64,000 bases of DNA from contig CAMCYD010000003.1 in assembly GCA_945883785.1 (NCBI GenBank), positions 1,325 to 65,324 of the forward strand, written 5' to 3'. This document shows positions 59,534-64,000 of this stretch, piece after piece. Made by a program: the position numbers and the translations under genes. Under the pieces are notes generated by a model. It was given only the letters and a program-made list of their open reading frames with translations. It searched no databases and was not told the origin of the DNA. Position 1 is the first letter of the stretch, and each line of letters begins with the position of its first letter. Source of the DNA: Helicobacter pylori PMSS1. GTDB taxonomy: Bacteria > Campylobacterota > Campylobacteria > Campylobacterales > Arcobacteraceae.

Positions 59534-59943
59534 TGAAAACTAAAATCAAAAAAGCCTTTTCGCTTGTGGAGATTTTGATATCAGTTGCATTAATAAGTGT
59601 GGTTATCGTGGCACTGATACAAATGGGACAAAATAATCTTTTTTTACTCGAAAAATTTAAATCAATATCAACGAATAACGATTATAGCTCTTTGGCTTTT
59701 TATGGAATTGATGAAAATCAAACAAGCGATAAAAATATTTATCTTGATGAGGTTGTGGACTTCAAAGATGATGATTTAAGACGAGAATTGAAAGAGATAA
59801 AAGTAGTAGTGAAAAATGAAAAGCTTGAAGATGAAAAGATAGATGCGGAGAGTTTTGCTATCACAAAACAAATAACAAAAACAAAGTTAACTATAGAAAA
59901 TCAAAATGAGAAAGATTTTTATAGATTTAAGTTGGTTTACTGA
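59533..59943 (+). CDS. pseudopilin with prepilin-type N-terminal cleavage/methylation motif
   Basis: KKA/FSLVEILISVALISVVIVAL. GTG start sharing 1 nt with the gspE stop. Confidence 0.75.
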   Translation: MKTKIKKAFSLVEILISVALISVVIVALIQMGQNNLFLLEKFKSISTNNDYSSLAFYGIDENQTSDKNIYLDEVVDFKDDDLRRELKEIKVVVKNEKLEDEKIDAESFAITKQITKTKLTIENQNEKDFYRFKLVY

Positions 59944-60473
59944 TGAAAAAAAGGTTTGTTTTAGGATTTACCCTTATTGAAGTGATGATAAGTGTCGCTT
60001 TATTTTCTATCATAATTTTATTTTTGTACCAAACAATCGATATGAATCAAAAATCAAATAGTTTTTATGAAGAAAAATTAACAACTTATAAGAATCAAGA
60101 TGATTTAAAATTTATTATGTATGAGGATATTTTTGGCAATACGGAAAATAATGCTTCAATACTTTTTAAAAATGACAAAAACAATAACACAATACTAAGA
60201 CTTCAAACAAGCAACACTTTTCATAATCCTTTTTTCAATAATGTTACCTATTTTTTAGGGAAAGAGGGGGAACTTTTTAGAGTGGAAAGCAAGGACTATT
60301 TTAACACAGAAAATCTCTATGATGTCCTTAAAAATAGCTATATCGATATTGTTTTTAGTGGTGTAGAAAAGTTCAGAGTTATTAAAAAAGAGAAAGAAAA
60401 TAAATTTGCAGTGTATATACGGTTTAAAAATGGAGAGAAGCTTTTCTTAACACTTTCTAATCCAAGAGGGTAA
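59943..60473 (+). CDS. pseudopilin with prepilin-type N-terminal cleavage/methylation motif (GspJ-like size)
   Basis: LG/FTLIEVMISVALFSIIILF. The ATG shares 1 nt with the preceding stop. Confidence 0.75.
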   Translation: MKKRFVLGFTLIEVMISVALFSIIILFLYQTIDMNQKSNSFYEEKLTTYKNQDDLKFIMYEDIFGNTENNASILFKNDKNNNTILRLQTSNTFHNPFFNNVTYFLGKEGELFRVESKDYFNTENLYDVLKNSYIDIVFSGVEKFRVIKKEKENKFAVYIRFKNGEKLFLTLSNPRG

Positions 60474-60493
60474 AAATACCAAATTGTAGCTCA

Positions 60494-62392
60494 TTAAAAA
60501 TAAATTGTATATGATAAATTATGGGTATGATTATCATTTATTTTGAGTGTATCATCCAATTCTTGCATACTAAAAAAGATTCTTCGTAAATATTTTGTAT
60601 GTGCAATATGATTATTTTGCAATATTATAAATGGTACTGAAGAGAGTTGATTGACCACTATTTTCATCATTAATTGTTGATTATCATATACGAGTATTTG
60701 ACCATCGGTCGCACCAATTCCACCCGTACTACTTTGGATAAGTGATGCAGTAGCATGTTGATTTATTTCTACATTATTTAAATCAAAGTGTTCAAATAAT
60801 TGTCCACCATTTTTAAATTCGATGTTGAAATTCTTTATTAAATTAGGTAAAAAGGTAATAGTTCCACAACGAATATAGCCATTGACAAAATCTGGAATAG
60901 AGAGTTTACAATCCAAAGAGAGGCTATTGTTTGTACAATCAATTGTCCACGATTTCAGTAGCTCGATATTGTGCTTTAAGGATAAAGTTGTCTCTATTTT
61001 GTAGGTATTTTCTCCAAGTTCAAAACACTCAAAATGGGTTACTTGAACAAGGTCGGTTATTTTTTTTGATGCAGAAGATTCGATGACTGTATTTCCTGTA
61101 AAATAATCAGCACCATGATTTATAAAATCAAGTTCTCCATGTTTCACTGTTCCAATTGGTAATTGCTTGGAGTTTTTGAATATACCATGCAAACATAACC
61201 CTTTAGTGAGTTTAAAAATCACCAAAATACCATCTTTTTCAAATCGTAAGTATTTCTCATCTTGAGTGATATAGTTGCAATTTTTCGTATACAGTGTAGG
61301 CTTATTATTTTCTTCAAATTGAAATTTTGATAAAAACTGTATGGCAAAATTCCATTTATCAAGAGTGATGTGTGTTCTATAATCACTTCCCCAAAAAGTT
61401 AATAATTTTTTCCATTTGCTAATGTCTTTGCTATCTTGGATGGATTTAAAAAATCTATAACATAAAGTATTGATATAAACAGCACCTCTCCCACAAGCAG
61501 CCCATCTGCTTAAAGAATATTTATCTTGTTTTTTGACAATAATTGGGCTTTTAGCATTGGTAAGTGAGAGTTCAATTTGAGTATCACAAAACGGTAAAAG
61601 TTCTGATGGAAGGACAAAACTACCAGCTTGTTTTAAAGCGGTTGAGACTTTTCTTATTTTCCCCCATTCATCTTCAAGTATAGTAGCTTCTGTTTCAAAT
61701 CGCCCTGGTCTATAGTTAAAAATTTCTAAATCAGAACTGTATATTGAAACTATTTTATGTCTAGGTGCGAGATAATTTTCTAAAAAAGAAAGGTACTCAT
61801 CTTGAGTTGTTTCATTGTGAATAGATCTTTGGAATTGTTGAAATAGTATAGAATCAGACCAAATGATAGGGATTGAAGTGCTGAGACCTTTCACGAGAAC
61901 AGGTGAATAAGAAAATTCTTTTGACCATTCTTTATGAATAGCATAAGCATTGTTCCACTCCATTATGATTGCTTTGTATCCAGCTTCAGTGTAAATATCA
62001 ATTAAAGAAGATGAAAATGTTTGTTCATTTACAAATGCAATTATTGGAGTTATTCCTAAAATTTCTTTATAAACTTTTAATCCAATAAGTTGATTTTGTA
62101 TATTTACTTCATAAGGGACAAGCGGTCCAATAATTTGCATATAGCCACTACCTATAAGTTCTATAAGTCCTTGAGTATGAAACTCTTTAAATTTTTCTAT
62201 CCAAGATGGTCTCAAATTTTTTATAATTTCTAAAGAGTATCCTGATATTTCTAAACCTATTTTTGTATTTGTTTTTTCCACAAAATCTAATAATGAAACA
62301 TAGCATTTATCAATAACTTCACTTAATTGTTCTTCTGGGATAGCTGAAAAAGCTAAATTGGCATGATAGATTTGATAATATATTTTATTCAA
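60494..62392 (-). CDS. GH57-like glycoside hydrolase / glycan-processing enzyme (barrel + C-terminal beta-rich domain)
   Basis: The N-terminal IYHANLAFS pattern and FVNEQTFSSSLIDIYTEAGYKAIIMEW resemble GH57 conserved regions as I recall them. At 632 aa the size matches GH57 4-alpha-glucanotransferase-type architecture. Confidence 0.4.
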   Translation of the reverse strand: MNKIYYQIYHANLAFSAIPEEQLSEVIDKCYVSLLDFVEKTNTKIGLEISGYSLEIIKNLRPSWIEKFKEFHTQGLIELIGSGYMQIIGPLVPYEVNIQNQLIGLKVYKEILGITPIIAFVNEQTFSSSLIDIYTEAGYKAIIMEWNNAYAIHKEWSKEFSYSPVLVKGLSTSIPIIWSDSILFQQFQRSIHNETTQDEYLSFLENYLAPRHKIVSIYSSDLEIFNYRPGRFETEATILEDEWGKIRKVSTALKQAGSFVLPSELLPFCDTQIELSLTNAKSPIIVKKQDKYSLSRWAACGRGAVYINTLCYRFFKSIQDSKDISKWKKLLTFWGSDYRTHITLDKWNFAIQFLSKFQFEENNKPTLYTKNCNYITQDEKYLRFEKDGILVIFKLTKGLCLHGIFKNSKQLPIGTVKHGELDFINHGADYFTGNTVIESSASKKITDLVQVTHFECFELGENTYKIETTLSLKHNIELLKSWTIDCTNNSLSLDCKLSIPDFVNGYIRCGTITFLPNLIKNFNIEFKNGGQLFEHFDLNNVEINQHATASLIQSSTGGIGATDGQILVYDNQQLMMKIVVNQLSSVPFIILQNNHIAHTKYLRRIFFSMQELDDTLKINDNHTHNLSYTIYF

Positions 62393-63626
62393 CTATAAAT
62401 TCCAATTTTTGAAGATAATTACTTGCATTTAATATAGCATTATTTCTACTATCTCCTTTAGCTATTACAAAGCCTAATCTTTTAGAATGGTCAGTTGTTT
62501 TATCTGGGATAATACTCCCCTTACTATAATGAATATTCGTATAAATAATATTATCTAAATTCGCTTTTGAGAGAATATCTTTTACTTTTTGTTTTGGTTT
62601 AATATTACTTTCTTCTAAAAATTTATATCTCATTGATATAAAATCATTTTTTTCCTCATTATTCAATTCAATTTTATCAATAGGTAAATTTAAATGTAGC
62701 ATAGTTGCATATTTTATAATGTCATAATGACTAGAATTCGGAATACAAATAGTTGAAAAATTGCCTCCAGATAATCTCAAAGCGAATTCAATAATAAATA
62801 ATTGTCCATTATTGATTACTAAATCGCCTTTTATTACTCCATTTTTTATGTCTAAATTTTTTGCTATTCTTTCATAAAAACTTGTGAGTTCTTTGATATA
62901 CATATCTTTCATATAGATAGATGGCATATCTCCCCCATCTTCAATTATATTAGGATAAAACATCTCATTTTTATCATAATTTCTATCTAAAAATCCTAAA
63001 TGAAAAACTTCACCATCTATCACCAAAGTTTCTGAACTTATTTGATTTCCAGATAAGTAGCTTTCAACAATAATTCTTTTATTTTTACTAAATTCAAGCG
63101 CATAATAATATGCTTTTTCTATTTCAGTAACATTATTGATAAATGTTATCCCTCTTGAAGCTGAATTATCAACAGGCTTTATAATTACAGGAAATCCATT
63201 TTCTTTAGTAAAAACATAAATATTTTCAATATCTTCTACTAATTTAAACTTTGGTATAGAAATATTATTTTCTTCCATAAGAACTTTAGATTCATACTTA
63301 TCTTCACTTATAATTGCTGATTTTGTAGGTATAGTATAATTTACACCTATGTAATCCGCTGTTTTTGCAATTATTGTTGGGATATCAACACCATAAGCAA
63401 TTACTCCATCTATTTTTTCAATATCATAATTTTCAAGAAATGATTTAATAGCTTGAAAATCTTTTATATTTACAAAATAAAATTCATCACTAATCTGCTT
63501 TCCTACCGCATTAGGGTTTCCATCTAATGTTATAGTATAACATCCTATGTCTTTTGCTTTCTGAATACCTGGGAGTTGATCAACACCCGCACCTAAAATC
63601 AATAAAACTTTATTATATTTTTTCAT
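62385..63626 (-). CDS. ATP-grasp domain protein
   Basis: A pre-ATP-grasp Rossmann-like N-terminus (KVLLILGAGVDQLPGI), then EDKYESKVLMEENNISIPKF and FPVIIKPVDNSASRGI. The stop overlaps the next gene by 8 nt. Confidence 0.7.
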   Translation of the reverse strand: MKKYNKVLLILGAGVDQLPGIQKAKDIGCYTITLDGNPNAVGKQISDEFYFVNIKDFQAIKSFLENYDIEKIDGVIAYGVDIPTIIAKTADYIGVNYTIPTKSAIISEDKYESKVLMEENNISIPKFKLVEDIENIYVFTKENGFPVIIKPVDNSASRGITFINNVTEIEKAYYYALEFSKNKRIIVESYLSGNQISSETLVIDGEVFHLGFLDRNYDKNEMFYPNIIEDGGDMPSIYMKDMYIKELTSFYERIAKNLDIKNGVIKGDLVINNGQLFIIEFALRLSGGNFSTICIPNSSHYDIIKYATMLHLNLPIDKIELNNEEKNDFISMRYKFLEESNIKPKQKVKDILSKANLDNIIYTNIHYSKGSIIPDKTTDHSKRLGFVIAKGDSRNNAILNASNYLQKLEFIVE

Positions 63627-64000
63627 TATTTAATTCCATTTTTATCCACTTTCCATTATTTTGTAAAGATTTCTTTGAGGCATCTAATACATATTCTGAA
63701 AATAAAATATTTTCTAAAAAAGGTAAACTATTATTTCTTTTCATTTGTTTATTTTTAGAAAATTCTAAAAAATACTTTATACTATCATAGCCATAGCCAC
63801 TATATATTTTTTCATCATAAAAACTATCATAACTCTGTGTGAAAAAATACGGATTGATATGGTGAAGTTTATTTTCATCCCATATTTCAACACCTCTTTC
63901 TTTTTGATCCATTATGATTCTTCCATTTTCAAATGTTAATTCTACTCTTTGATGACTTTTTGATGGAGTACCTTTTGGATCATTCCATCCTACTTGAAAG
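63613..64000 (-). CDS. C-terminal part of a larger protein, possibly a Gfo/Idh/MocA-type oxidoreductase; 5' end beyond the window
   Basis: The minus-strand frame stays open from 63912 to the window edge (…FQVGWNDPKGTPSKSHQRVELTFENGRIIMDQKERGV…). The 99-aa ORF in the track is therefore only a fragment. It overlaps the ATP-grasp start by 14 nt. Confidence 0.35.
   Translation of the reverse strand, partial: FQVGWNDPKGTPSKSHQRVELTFENGRIIMDQKERGVEIWDENKLHHINPYFFTQSYDSFYDEKIYSGYGYDSIKYFLEFSKNKQMKRNNSLPFLENILFSEYVLDASKKSLQNNGKWIKMELNNEKI

Overview
AT-rich window, mostly core genome, with gene content and order typical of Campylobacterota. The Arcobacter-like placement is an inference from EF-Tu, separate rpoB and rpoC, and rpsE running straight into rplO with no L30 gene. 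Left to right: murE (3' part), a thioredoxin-like ferredoxin, panD, ybaB, ispA, leuC, dsbD, an AAA_14/DUF4143-type ATPase, then the S10-spc block rpsJ to infA (23 genes). A minus-strand block follows: an 86-aa ORF, an MCP with a C-terminal CZB zinc domain, an EAL-CBS-degenerate-GGDEF protein, a DUF234 protein, PBP1A, an orphan ABC ATPase and gpmI. Then come mraY, murD, a Phe-Thr-Tyr-Gly-Thr tRNA cluster, tuf, rpmG, tRNA-Trp, secE, nusG, rplKAJL and rpoBC. After that: a U32 peptidase, a 1146-aa LplT-PlsC-Aas fusion, purE, ribE, a DEAD-box helicase and hypA. The accessory part is the last ~11 kb. It holds a 296-bp ORF-free imperfect palindrome with 17-bp terminal inverted repeats. It also holds an eight-gene translationally coupled T2SS-like operon (L-like, M-like, unknown, PDZ/GspC-like, secretin, GspE, two pseudopilins), ordered like pilMNOPQ and lacking platform, major-pseudopilin and peptidase genes. 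Last is a convergent oxidoreductase / ATP-grasp / GH57-like operon that runs off the window. I found no CRISPR array, transposase, integrase or recognisable defence system. The T2SS-like operon and the palindromic element are the best candidates for follow-up. All functional calls rest on motifs read by eye and need HMM or structure confirmation.
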